A DNA stretch of 64,000 nt, from assembly GCA_964016885.1 (NCBI GenBank), contig OZ024746.1, positions 86,986,001-87,050,000 on the forward strand. Direction: 5' to 3'. Positions 39,404 to 53,910 of this stretch are shown here, piece after piece (position 1 is the stretch's first letter; the number at the start of each line of letters is the position of its first letter). Made by a program: the position numbers and the translations under genes. The notes below the pieces were generated by a model, which was not told the origin of the DNA, did no database searches, and was given only the letters and a program-made list of their open reading frames with translations. This DNA is from Eledone cirrhosa (lineage: Eukaryota).

Positions 39404-39639
39404 CTGACAATTGTTTCTATAGTGTATGAGTTACCTATACCTCGCTACTTGAATAATACATATATATATATATATATATATGTACTGAAGAAAAAGTTAA
39501 GTGGAAATATCCATGAGTAAGAGTACTCAGTATAAATATTTACAACAGCGACAGACAGGTAGTCAAGTTTCGTTGGTTTATTCAGCCTCTCATGAGAAAA
39601 ATAAAAGACAAACACTGTCTTTCATTTCTCTCACCCCCC

Positions 39640-39682
<43 letters not shown>

Positions 39683-39851
39683 CTTATATGTATACATATA
39701 TATGTATATATGTATATATATATATATATACTTATATATATATATATATATATATATATACTTATATATATATATATATATATATACACTTATATATATA
39801 TATATATATATATACTTATATATATATATATATATATATACTTATAATATA

Positions 39852-39894
<43 letters not shown>

Positions 39895-40179
39895 TTATAT
39901 ATATATATATATATACTTATATATATATATATATACTTATATATATATATATATATATACTTATATATATATATATATATATACTTATATATATATATAT
40001 ATACTTATATATATATATATATACTTATATATATATATATATATATACTTATATATATATATATATACTTATATATATATATATATATATACTTATATAT
40101 ATATATATATATACTTATATATATATATATATATACTTATATATATATATATATATACTTATATATATATATATATATA

Positions 40180-40251
<72 letters not shown>

Positions 40252-40273
40252 CTTATATATATACTTATATATA

Positions 40274-40326
<53 letters not shown>

Positions 40327-40340
40327 CCTTATATGTATAC

Positions 40341-40391
<51 letters not shown>

Positions 40392-40436
40392 AGTGAGTTT
40401 ATTTGAATCTTACATTATTTTATTGCTTACCATCAA

Positions 40437-40605
40437 TGGCGGCAGATTGGCAGTATCGGTAGAGGGTCGGACACCATGCTTTGACGCTTAGAGTTACGCC
40501 CCTTGCCATTCTGAGTTCAAATCCCACCGATACGGGGTCGATAAAATAAAGTACCAGTAATGCACTGGGTTATTTGCTGGCCTTGTGCCAAAAGTAGAAA
40601 CAATT
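40437..40605 (+). mobile_element. SINE (dominant family, internal deletion) with 18-bp TSD attattttattgcttacc
   Basis: TSD at ~40413 and ~40603. Confidence 0.9.
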
Positions 40606-41099
40606 ATTTTATTGCTTACCTTTTACTGTTATATATATTACGTTGGTATCTATTAGCTATGACCTCATCAGACATCTATTGCGCAATCATTTATTTGATG
40701 CCTGATATGTCCTAGGCACGTTTTGAAATTACTCACCTATGACTTGATTAACATATGGATTCATTTTAAGAAATTAAAGTAGCATCATTAGTTTGTGCCG
40801 ATTATATCTGATTGGTTGATTCTTATTCATCATTTCAGTTTTGGTTAAATGTTGATATGGACTAGAAGTCAAAACAGTTTAAGTACCGGTCACAAATGTT
40901 TTTTAATATGTTTTCACAGCAAGTAGTTGTTTTACTCCACATTCAATTGATTTTATGGGCTTAAAACTATTGTGCTACAAAATCCTGCTGCTAGTTTTGG
41001 GGTACGATTATTTCAGTTTCCATTTTAATGGAATGTCTTATTGGAAATGTTCAGCAGTAGTAGAAGCAGCAGCTGTTAGTAAAAGTATCGATACTAGAC

Positions 41100-41142
41100 G
41101 AGTAGTAGTATTAGCATAAATAAAAGTATCGGTAGTAGTAGC

Positions 41143-41173
<31 letters not shown>

Positions 41174-41252
41174 ATAGTAGTAGTAGTAGTATTAGTAGTA
41201 GTAGTTGTAGTAGTAGTAGCCATAGTAGTAGTAGTAGTATGTCATAGTAGTA
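41100..41252. repeat. (GTA)n microsatellite
   Basis: Directly visible. Confidence 0.9.
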
Positions 41253-41787
41253 TTCACAATTATTGCAATGTAGTCGATCATGTTCACTACCACAAATTCA
41301 TTAAACATAGAAAAAATAAATATTATGTGAAAAATAATTAAGGATATAACACAGTTTTATGAACATTGCCACACTGCCAGTTGTTGCACTATTGTTAGAA
41401 GAATGTGTATAGTAACTTAGGTTAAGTAGGTGTTATCTATGATAATATACATTCAGTATGTAGCTAGGAGTGTATATATAGGTATATAGTGATGTACTAT
41501 ACTATCATTGCTATTCATGAGGTTAGTGTGTGGGGGAGGGGAAACCCCTCATGGATTTTGTGTATCACTTATGTCATCTGTGAGGTCGTAAGACACACGG
41601 ATATTCCTACTCTGTAATATGTACGGAAAGTGAGTTATCAGTTACTGAGGCTATCTAGAATTATATTTATATAGGTTGAAGAAGGTTCCCGATGCTAGGT
41701 GTAGAGAAGCACCGAAGATAAATACTTCTGTCCTTCTATTAGTTAGTTGCGTTCTACGTTTAAGGATATCAAGGGTTTCACTTAGAC

Positions 41788-42494
41788 CAGAGGTTCTGAA
41801 AGTGGGCGCTTCCGCAACGCAAGGGGGAGGTAGAAAAAGTCCAGGTGGTGCTAGTGCCTAAGAGGGTTGTTTCAGAGAAATATAATAATATACTACTTTA
41901 ACGCTAAATTCCGCCAGTTCCAGACTGCGCATCAACATTAGATATTTTTCTCCACAAATTTCGATAACCACCAGCAGAGTTTAAAGAGCAAAGTCCACTC
42001 CATAGGTTGACAATACAAAGCCATTGTTTTGGCTGCCGGTCTCTGCCTTTCCTACCAGCCAACCTTCCTTACAGGAATAACCTCATCACACCGCGAGTTG
42101 ATCTTTTTATATGACGGCATAGTTTAAGTACACTTGACTTGACAATTAATGTAAATGGTCTAAGTTTGGTAATGTTGAGCAGCTCACTGATACAGATACA
42201 GTCGCTAAGCTGCTTGCCAGTCATAAGTCTCATGATGTGATTCTGGATTGTAGAAATAATAATGTATTAAATATCAAATCATCCATATATATATATAACT
42301 ATAATAAAAATATATAATATTTATCTATACATAGTATACATTATATTGTCTGTTATATATAAATTAACGATTTTATCTATTATATATTATTTACAATTTG
42401 TGTGTAGGCAGGTCTCTTTGGAAATAGGTGGACGTGCTGAGAGTATTATGTGGCCGTGAATGGGGCAGCGGCTCAAAAAGTTTGAGAACCTCTG
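41788..42494. mobile_element. Non-autonomous hAT (Charlie/Buster-type) element
   Basis: TIRs cagaggttctgaaa / tttgagaacctctg; decayed 8-bp TSD acttagac/agctagag with central TA. Confidence 0.7.
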
Positions 42495-42554
42495 AGCTAG
42501 AGATTATATACGGACGATCGATGTCGGTCAGGGAGCACCCCATGGAACTTAATT

Positions 42555-44800
42555 CAGGCATGTCAAACTGTGGGTCCCCCGAGTGCCACATGGGTCATAT
42601 ATGTGTTGTCTGTAGGCCACACACAACAAATTATTGCACACATTACAACTAATTGAAGTCATATATTAACATTTATTGCAGAAAAATTTAGTACTTAAAT
42701 TTAGAAACATACACTGTGCATACAACTATTTTAGCAGCATTCATGAAAACAAATTAAAGTGGTTTGACAAAAAAAAAAAAATTAAATTTTAAATGGAAAC
42801 ATACTTGCAGTTTGCAACAGCAGCAAATAATTTTATAAAGATTACAACAGTTCAAATGTGAACATTTATTTGCTACTATTCAATAATTTTTAATGCTTTG
42901 TCCTGAGGCTTGACACCTCTTTTTGCTGACAATTATTGGTATGTCTGGTTGAAATGTATGAACAGTAACGAGTTTGATCAGAGATGACAACTGTTGATCA
43001 GTCAGCTTTGTTGTCTGAGAAGTGTCTGTTGATTTCCTGAAGGAAAATAATTGTCACACACATAAATAGAACCAAACATTTTCATAAACTTTGTGACAAA
43101 CTTTCTGAAGTTTTTAAACTTATGAAAGGAAACCAGGTATCCACACTCTCGAGATACTTTGCTCTGAGTGTGGAATCCGAATACATTTCTATTAGTTCCA
43201 ACTGCAGGCTTTCTTCTGCCTTGGCAATAGCAACAGCAACGGGGAATAGTGCTGAGAATAATGCAAACTGATGAGAAATCACAAATTCTTTCCTGAAATT
43301 CCTTTGACAAAAGCTACGTACAGTGTTTGTCAGCTCTTTGCACGTAGGAAAACGAACTAAATTTTCATTTGACAACTGTGACTTCCATAAGCTTAGTTTT
43401 TAATGAGGCACTTGATGTCATCATACAACTAAGTGATGAGTTTGTTTTTACCTTGTAATTTCAAATTAAGATCAGTTAATTGTGCAGCAAAAGCCAGGTG
43501 TTTTGACCCAAAACATTTTGTGTTTTGCTCCAAAAACATTTCTTGCCTCGATAAATAGAATCTTTCAGCACTTTGTGACATGACCACCAGCGGACTTCTA
43601 TGTAGAATAGAACATCGGTGAAATGATTATCCATATCTTCCAACAAGTGGCTGCACTGACGGTGGTTGAGGGCATGGCCTCTGATAGAGTTCACTGTCTT
43701 TGTGACTAAGCCAAGCACATGATACAATATTAAAATATTTGAACAAAATTTGCTGATGAATAATCCAGTGAAAATGTGAAAATGATGTATCTGGATACGC
43801 GTTTTCTATTTTTGTTCGTAACTTGCCAACAACACCATAATGTCTGCCAACCGTATTCGCAGTACAGTCAGTAGATAAGCATGCAAGTTTACTCAAATCA
43901 AAACCATAGTCATGCAGAACCTGCTCGACTTTCTCAAAAATGTCCTGGCTTGTTCAATCAGTTCTTCATAAATATTAAATTCACTGTCACAGGCTCTGAT
44001 GAAAACTGCAAACCGTGCTATTCCAGTGATGTCAACGGTCGCATTAGCAATAGAAACATGTTCAAACTTTGATGATACAGGCTTCAACTGTTATTTCATA
44101 TCACCTGACATTTCATCAATCCGTTCAGCAACAGTGTTCCCGGTTAATGAAATGTCTGAATAACATACAATTTTAGCTGCTTTTACAAGGCATTGTTTTA
44201 CAAAAGCTCCTACACTGTAAGATTTCCCACTTATAACGATTATTCGGCTGAGTTCATTGCTTGAAGTAACGGAAGCTATATTCTCTTCTTGAATTTTCAT
44301 AAAACAGGTCTATTGCTGTGTCAAGTTAGTCTTCAATTCCTTGAGTCTTGAAACACGCATTGAGCCTTCATATCTATCGTAAGATCGATAGTTCGTTTTA
44401 GAATGTCTTTTCAAATTGTACTCTTTTGGCATGGCGATGCAGTTATTGCAAATTAAACAATGTATCTTTCCGTTCAACGCAGTGCAAAAAAAATGCAATT
44501 TTCCCTTTTCTTGAAACAATCACCCTTCGTTTAATTTCCTCTGTCTCTTAGCAGGATGAACACTAACCATTTTAAAAGCAAAAACTGTTAATGAGCTGTG
44601 TGTGATTCGCCGGAAGTTGTAGTTGACAAAATTCGCACAAAAAAAAACACAAAAAAAACAAAGAAAACACTCGAATCGAAATTTGTATTTCATTTTATAT
44701 TACAAAGTTAAATATGTTCGCGCTATAAAAACCTTTGTGCGGGCCGCAGTTCTTCTTAAGGGTCAAGTGCGGCCCGCGGGCCGAATGTTTCACATGCCTG
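42555..44800 (-). mobile_element. Near full-length hAT Buster/SPIN-like DNA transposon
   Basis: TIRs caggcatgt(c/g)aaac (13/14 match), subterminal gcggcccgcgggcc, decayed 8-bp TSD acttaatt/ccttagat. Confidence 0.92.
42893..44570 (-). pseudogene. Disrupted GTF2IRD2/SPIN-like hAT transposase
   Basis: BED-like CLICNNCIAMPKEYNLKRH, SLTGNTVAERIDEM, LSTDCTANTVG, HWIIHQQ, ALNHRQ, EVRWWS, MFGSIYVC; many stops and frameshifts. Confidence 0.92.
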
Positions 44801-45123
44801 CCTTAGATTATTTCAGTATAGGATATCAAGCCGACTGCTGAAGTGCCGTCCTGGAGGGTATGGTATTTAGGGTGCAATCTATTTCTCTTTTGCCCTTTGT
44901 TTATTTCACCCAGGATTATTGCGGTCCATGCTTTTTTATTTGTCTCTTAAGTTTCGCACCGCAAGTTTCGTTCCCACACTTTCTTGACGGGGTTGAGGTT
45001 CACACTAGGCATTCTGCCTTCTTATAGTGTTCTACTTACCGGGTTATATATGTTGGTTCATGTGTTTATCTCATATCTACTCTACTTATATTAGTCCTAT
45101 TTGTTGGTACTATATATAAATAT

Positions 45124-45285
45124 ATCATCATCATCAGGTCGAGCTTGCTCGGCTTTCTACGACACGTTTCCTCCATCCATCTCTGTCTCTCATAGCGTTT
45201 TCCAGTTCTTCCGCAGTGCATCCAGTATCGTCCTCAAGTTGCTTGACGTATGTCATCTTGGGACGACCAGCGTTTCTTGCTCCAT
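45124..45285 (-). pseudogene. RTE-clade LINE 3' end with (TGA)n tail
   Basis: GRPKMTYVKQLEDDTGCTAEELENAMRDRDGWRKRV, stop, tgatgatgat. Confidence 0.85.
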
Positions 45286-45292
45286 ATACATT

Positions 45293-45342
<50 letters not shown>

Positions 45343-46406
45343 TACATACATTTATATATACAAATACATACATATTTCTCCTTGCAGATACTCGTAATCA
45401 GGTACAATTCAGGTACAATTTGTTTTTTTGCCCAGTTATTATGATAGCCAATGAAATACTTCCATCAACGATGCTAGCCTGCAGACTAACAGAAATCTCA
45501 CACGCACGCCTGAAAATACTATAAAATACAGTTGTCAATGCTAGGTTTGTAGACCTTGCTCAAGTTATTTCTTTCTTGTGATCATGTTTTTACGGCCAGT
45601 TTAATTATGCAACGTTTACTTCTTTCTTTTCAGGTCTCCATTTATTTGTTGTCAGTCTATATCATTTCCCCTGTTATGGAAATGATGCCACCCGTTTGAC
45701 CTGGGTGACACTTAATAACATTCTATGACGAGGTTGTGAGCATCTTCATCGATAGCTTTCAGAGTTCTGCTTCATATATTGCACGGCACTGGGCATCCCC
45801 ATTCCCTCTTTAGGAATTACACGTCCTGCTTAAGAAATACATGCCCAACACAGCGTAGCTGCAACTCGAGAAGCATTGCCGCTGTAGAGCCTTATGGTAA
45901 GTGGGAAACGTGGACTCACCAGACGTGGACTCGATCATTGAAGTTTGGCGAAAGGGACCGCTGCAAATTAGATCTAATACCTTTTATGGAGCTGCTAGTA
46001 ACTGAGATTCATGGGACAAAAGAGAAAGGGACTTCTGTCATTGAGAGCATTCGAATAGAGGTTTTCTAATACGGTGGAATTGAATTGCGTAGTGTGCGCA
46101 TCAACACCTTCAGAGTGACAGGAATATGGATATTTCCCGTATGAATTAAAAGATGGACAAAATAGTTACTATATACAAGCCAAAATGTGGCCGATAGAAC
46201 TGGAAATTATCAAAGAATTTTCCTGTTAATTGCAGGGGCTATACAGCCAACAATTCCGCTGTAATAAAGGTGGATTTATTGAATAATCTTTTGCTGTAAC
46301 ATTGCTGTAAAAGTTAAAAACTAGTGAGCAAGTTTTCAAGTGAATTGGTTTAGATTTGGCTCAAATACATTGTTTAACCTTAGTAACAGAATCTTTGGGT
46401 CATTTT

Positions 46407-46892
<486 letters not shown>

Positions 46893-47511
46893 TAGATAGA
46901 GAGAGATGGAGAGAGAGACTTAAAAGTAGGGACATTCTGGTTGACAATGAACTTGAGATTAATAGTAGGCCAGTACTTTTCTGAATACAGAGACATGAAA
47001 ATTATATTTTATCACGAATAGAGCGCAGAGGTATGTGGAATATGACCGATAAATGTAAAGAGCACATTCATTTACATACATAGACACACACACGCACATA
47101 TATACAAACATACTGCACACACAACAATAGAGGCATCAGCGTGCAGATACTCACTCACACATATATATGCATATTTATACAAGATTATTTTCTGCTTAAA
47201 TATATTATTAATACTCTAAATTGCAAAGCATATGTTATTGTAATTATACAACATATTTTGATCATTCAAAACAACAGATGGCGTCAAAGAAGAATTTTAT
47301 ATAAGAAAATCTCAAATAATGGCTTCAGCTATTAAATCATATATATATATTTATATGTATTATTTATTTATCTATACACGATTAGGTATGATTTTGTTAT
47401 TTGAATATATTAATGTATTGTTATCTTGCCTACTATTTGATAAAATATATTTTTTGTTCTCTCAAAGCTGTCAGATATCTACTTTTCTAGATTATGCAAA
47501 TAAAGTAAACA

Positions 47512-47635
<124 letters not shown>

Positions 47636-47713
47636 CTTTGTGTACATGTGTGTGAGTATTGTCAAGAGTTTCCGTAAACTAAATAAAGGAAAAAGTGCGC
47701 TCTATCTTAAGTA

Positions 47714-48578
47714 TGGATTGGCAATATCGGTTGGATGCCATGCTTTCCAGCATAGAGATACGTACATTTACGGACTGAGTTCTAATCCCGCCGAGGTTAA
47801 TTTTGCCTTTCATCCTTACGGATTCGATAAAATAAAGTACCAGTAATGTACTGGTTAATTGCTGGCTTTGTGCCAAAAGTAGAAACAATTATTATACATA
47901 AATGCTGGCAACTAGGGCGGTGGCTTGGCGCGCGCGCGTGTGCGTGTGTGTGTTTGTATGTGTATTGTCAAGCGTTTCCGTAAACTATATAAAGGAAAAA
48001 GAGCGCTCTATTTAAGTATGGGTTGGTAGTATCGGTAGAGGGTCGGATGCCAAGCTTTGCAGCATATAGTTACGCCCTTTATGTTCTGAGTTCAAATCCC
48101 ACCGAGGTTAAAACTTTGCCTTTCATCATTTCGAGGTCGATAAAATAAAGTACCAGTCACGCACACGGGTTGATTCAATCGACTTTCCCCTCTCCCCAAA
48201 TGACTGGCCTTGTGCCTATATAAGAAACCATTAGCAAAGCGTTTCGGCATTTTATGGTCTGAGTTCAAATCCCGCCGAAGTTAACTTTGCCTTTCCTCCT
48301 TACGGGGTCGATAAAATAAAGTACCAGCAGTACACTGGGGTAATTGCTGGCCTTGTGCCAAAAGTAGAAACAATTGTAAATAAATACAGCGATGAATTGG
48401 CAGTATGGGTAGAGGGTCGGACATGCTTTCCAGCATAGTTACGTCCCTTTGCGATCTGATTTCAAATCCCAGCGAGGTTAACTTTGGCTTTCATCCTTAA
48501 GGGGTCGATAAAATAAAGTACCAGTATTGTACTGGGTATTTGCTGGACTTGTGCCAAAAGTAGAATCAATTATAATAA
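47714..48578 (+). mobile_element. Cluster of four same-orientation SINE copies
   Basis: 47714-47893, 48018-48232 (long variant), 48250-48376, 48390-48578. Confidence 0.9.
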
Positions 48579-49002
48579 ATTCTCAACACAGCTGCATACA
48601 CAGCCTACAGTCGTATAAGACGTAGAGACCGATTTTTCGCTAGTGATGTTTATATTTCAAGCAATACCAAAATGGCCGACGTTGTTTACATGAGGTTTCG
48701 TGTAAATCAATTGAGAAACTATTATACAGTGCAGTAAAATATATAAGTAAATATACTCACCTCATGGTGGTATTTCTTAAAACCACCAGAAAAGATGCAA
48801 ACCATCGATTTTTGTAATACGTATTAATCATCAATTATCGAATTTGCTAAGAAGCATCTTAAGACCAGGATTTTATTAACCATTTAGATCAGGTCTTTCT
48901 ATATTGATCTCACACTGAACAAAATTACAAAGAACCTTCCCAAGAAAGAAATTGTAAATATTCTCCATATATACATGCATACACGCACATACACCCACAC
49001 AC

Positions 49003-49063
<61 letters not shown>

Positions 49064-49807
49064 TACATACACTCACACATACACACACACACACTCACAC
49101 ATACACACACACACACACATATATATATATACATATTGTGTGTGTGTGCGTGAGTGTGTGTGTGGTAGTATTTAATATAAAATGCCCAAGAAACGCTGTA
49201 TGTCAATACGGTGCCACTACAATAGGGTGCCCCTAAAAAATTGCACTACAAAAAAAAAAATACAAAACAACAACAAAAAACGATTAATCTAAATGAGATG
49301 TGTACGATTACTGTTGGTCAATGTGGGTACTTTGAATGGTTCAGTAAAATAGGTGTCAACATCACAATTCTGGCATAATTCTTTTTATCATTCAAAAAAT
49401 ACATAAATGTGTTCAACTTGTACAAAAATACCAGCTAGGCGCTTTAACTATTAAGCGACACAAATATATCAAACAAGCACAATACATGTGTTGAAAGTAG
49501 GAATTTCTGTGTTGATTGATAAAATGACAAGTCAGACAATCATATTGATGGCTTCCCCACAGCTCCGGCGGACAGAATGGTTCAGTAAAATAGGTGATTG
49601 TTGAAATACAGAGAACTGAGAAACGGACCTGTCACCTTAGAAACATATAGACACCATTGTCATATGAATGTAGATATTTCCATGACTACAATTGTACTGA
49701 AGTATTATTATATCGTCAAGTCTGACATTTTTAGTGATGCATATAGTCAACTTTGTTTGTTCTACAAATTTCATACTTGACGACTCAATATATTTACATA
49801 TGATACA

Positions 49808-50060
49808 GTAAAGTACCAGTAATGCACTGGGTAATTGCTGGCCTTGTGCCTAAAGTAGAAACAATATATTTACATATGATACATGCATACCTATATGATT
49901 GTTTCTACTTTAGGCACAAAGCCAGAAATTACCCAGTACATTACTGGTACTTTATGTTTACGACCCGTAAGGATGAAAGGCAAAGTTAACCTCAACGAGA
50001 TTTGAACTCAGACCGTAAAGGGACGTAAATATGCTAGAAAGCATGGCGTCCAACCCTCTA
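49808..50060. mobile_element. 5'-truncated SINE tail (+, 49808-49861) with 22-bp TSD, and a minus copy (49898-50060)
   Basis: caatatatttacatatgataca at 49786 and 49862. Confidence 0.9.
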
Positions 50061-50124
<64 letters not shown>

Positions 50125-50148
50125 TAATATATATATATAATATATATA

Positions 50149-50182
<34 letters not shown>

Positions 50183-50815
50183 CTCCTGGGCTTTCGCGGG
50201 GTCTATGAAACATCATTTCTATATGTTTTATTTCATATATTTCGTGTCCTCCTTGAGGGTGGAATTCAGATATTCTATATCTGGTCTCATGAGGTTTTTG
50301 GCGTGACCAATTTTATTTTTCTTCTCATCCTATTTGCGCCCTTATTCCTAAAGACATAGTTCTGCATGTTTACCTTAACGCAATTAGCTGGTTTTGTAGG
50401 AAATCATCGGTTCAGCATTGTTTGTAATACTTTCATATTCCATTTTTGTTGGTCATTTTACGCATTGCTTTCTTTAATATGATCCATTTCGCTGGGATTC
50501 ATGTGTGAGTATACCTTATGATATGAGATGTAATGAGATGGAAACTAGGAGATAGTGAGAGATAGCAGAGGACTGGTGAACAGAACAGAGAGGAATATAT
50601 ACAGAGAGGAATATATACAGAAGGGGCTGTGTGGGAAACAGAGGTAAGAGAGAGAAAGGAAGTGAAAGAAAGAAAAAAGAAAGTTTAGATGGGGAGAATG
50701 ATTGAGTAAGAGATAGAGATTGAAGGATAATGGAATATTATCTCCCTGCCTCTCTACATATATATATATATCTATATATATATAGATACACACGTGTGTG
50801 TGTGTGTTTCTGTGT

Positions 50816-50856
<41 letters not shown>

Positions 50857-51247
50857 GGTGTATACATATGTATAATACATAAACTGTATTTTATATAACA
50901 TTATATTGTTACCTCTATGTTCACATATAGAGGACTATTACTTTAATGGTTTCAATCGCACATTCCTACATATATATAAAAAGAGAGAAAAGAAGTGAGA
51001 GAAAGACAGAAGAATGGTTAGATGGGAAACTTATTGAAGGATAATGGGATACCAACCAAGCAACCAAAAAAACCAACCATCCATACATCTAGTCATTTTA
51101 TTCAATAATAACTCCGTTCTCGCACCACCAAAAAGATTCAACATCGAAGATGGATGAGTGGCTTAACGTCGACGAGTACTTTTCCTAATATTACATCATG
51201 GTTGACTATACGGAATGACCAGTTCTATCCAGTGGTGAACCACCAAA

Positions 51248-51295
<48 letters not shown>

Positions 51296-52259
51296 AAAGT
51301 TAGTACAGCATAATCGAAGCTCTGGCTGCAGCTAAGCTAACGAATGCAATCTGGATGTCAGCTAAGAACTCAATAAGGTATATTACCTTAGAGTTATAAC
51401 ATTACATTTTGACAGCTTTGCAAATTGAAGACAGCGACCGATAAGCGAGCCGCAGTGACCAAAGCAACGAACAAAATTGACTCAGGAAAATATATATATA
51501 GTTGTATTTATACAGAGCAGGTAACCGAACTTGTGCCAATTAACATATTGGTAAGTTCTATTTACGATTATAGAATGGGTGTCGGTGGTCAAAGAGGAGT
51601 TGGTGGCGGAGTGGGTGTGTTTTGTGTTTCCTATTGAGAAAGAATGTTACGATGTGTGTAAGCTTGTTGACGGAATTTTAAAAATGGTCACGGATGTAAA
51701 AAGTGAATTATAGGTATGTGTTTGTGTTGGAGTGGTGCACATGTTTGTAGTTGTAATATTCTTTATGTGCGTGTGTGTTTCGACTATTATCTGTGCTAGT
51801 TTTGTGATGCAAAATTGCATGGATGTTTATGTATGTGCTTGTTGAGTACCAGATTAGCAAACTTAAATGCTGACGACAGCATGGCAGCAGTCCAAAGGCT
51901 GACAACACCAAACATATATACACAATTCAATAGTTTGAAAGATTATATTAGTCTGTATAGTTCAATTGGTGAGGTATATCGTGTGTACTTATTAAATGAT
52001 GGCCTAATAACATGGTCCAAATAATTATTTAATTTAGTCTAACTAATGTTCAAGTTTAGCTAATTAGTTATCATATTAGGTGAACAGATTGTGGAGACCA
52101 TATTTCAATTCATTAATCACATTAGCTTAACTGATTAATGACGTTAGTTTCATTAATCAATTATGTTAGTTTCATTGATAAATTGTGTTGTTTTAGTTAG
52201 TTAATATATTTAGTGTAATTAATTAGTACTGTTAATTTTATTAATACATTGTGTTTAAT

Positions 52260-52377
52260 TAATAATTGTTGCTACTTTTGGCACAGAGCCAGCAATCCTC
52301 CAGTTTATTACTGGTATTTTATTTCATCGTCCCCGTAAGGATGAAAGGCAAAGTTAACCTCGATGGATTTGAACTCA
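52260..52377 (-). mobile_element. Truncated SINE with 20-bp TSD cattgtgtttaattaataat
   Basis: TSD at 52247 and 52376. Confidence 0.85.
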
Positions 52378-53409
52378 TTGTGTTTAATTAATAATGTTAA
52401 TTTTATTAAATAATCGTGTTCGAATCATTAATAGATAGCGTTAGTGTGTGTTTATGTATGTGTGTTGGTGAATCTGTACATATGTGAGTGGTGATAGGGC
52501 ATGTGTGTTAAAGTGTGAGTGTTGGGAGGTGGGTGTGCGGAAAGAGCTGACTTGAGGAAAATGGGAGGTAAATATGGCCGATCAACCTCACCAAGCAAGA
52601 TTTATGGGGTTGCTGGCATAGCCACTGACGAACCGACAGATCGTACCAGTAGCTTCCCGGAGCGACCTGTTCATAGTGTGTGTGTGTGTATAGATACACA
52701 CACATATATATATGGCAAAATTGGACCGGTGTTGGACCACTGTGTTTCCGACTGTGTAAAGTTTTCCCCCCACCTCCTTACATGATATCTGAAGCATCTA
52801 TGTTTTAATTTCTGCCAAATATATTGAAATGAATTGAATATATATATTTACACAGATGAATATACATACACACCCACATGCACACCCACAGAAAGAGAGA
52901 GAAAGAGAGAGATGTGTTTGCAGGTGTGTTCGTGTGTATTTGTGTGTATATATACACAGACAGATATTTATACAAATATAAATATACATATACACACCTA
53001 CATGCACACACATATATATAGAGACATAGAAATGTTTGTTCGCAGGTCTCTATTTGTGTGTGTCTGTGTGTCTGTATGTATGTGTGTCAAATTATATGTA
53101 TGCATGGCTTATATAGCATTAGGTTATGTATCTCTCTCTAGGTTGCAACAGGTGTACATAGATGTTCATGATTACCATATTAACCGAAATTTGATTGAAC
53201 TTGTTTAACTTTTCCTATCTACGAGAAATCAGTAAACAGGTCATACTTGTTTACTTCTAAATAGTGTAATATTTCTGAACACTCATTTTCAAGTAAGCAC
53301 ACATTATTACAATACAGCCGTTAATCACACATATGGTACACATATTTTATCTCATTTCTCGTTTAGTGCCATTTCAAACTCAAGTCATAAATATTATAGT
53401 AACTTACTC

Positions 53410-53910
53410 AATACATACATACATGATGGCTGCCCCCTCGTTATCGAGTATGGCGATTGCACGAAAACAAATATACAACAACAACAACAACAACAACAAC
53501 ATACATATCGAATGATGAGTAGCATCTCCAACAGCAGCCTAGTAGTCAACCACTGGTCTTACTTTATGACTGCGAAGATGACTTTCGAGTCCAGCTTCGC
53601 CTAGGCAGAGTCTCGCACAGACGCTGCATGTCAGCACCATAGGAGGACCCTCTCCGTCGGGAAGTGCAACAGCAATGCCCTTCCTCACATCCCGCTTTAC
53701 TCTCTCGTATGCGATTCGAGATGCCTCAAATGCAACTTTTCCCTCATATACAGTCTTTCTCCATTTATTACGACCAGCAGCAATATTTTCCCATGTATCA
53801 GCAGAGATGTTAGTGTCTTTCAAAGAGGCTTTCAAGGATTCCTTATACCTCTTTTTTGGTTTATGTGGCGGTCGTTTTCCTTTAACTAACTCTTCGATAT
53901 CATTTTCCTA
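53410..53910 (-). pseudogene. RTE (BovB-like) LINE 3' end with C-terminal C2H2 finger and (TGTA)n tail
   Basis: GKRPPHKPKKRYKESLKASLK...WENIAAGRNKWRKTV...CSVCARLCLGEAGLESHLRSH, then 3' UTR stem-loop ctcg-ataa-cgag. Confidence 0.88.

Noticed and set aside
39501-40491. 291/299-aa ORFs and the many other [12 protein letters not shown]/poly-V/L/T ORFs
   Set aside because: Translations of microsatellites with no coding signal
45634-45895. Strong acceptor and donor pair
   Set aside because: Stops in all three frames; the region looks like an old LINE remnant on the minus strand
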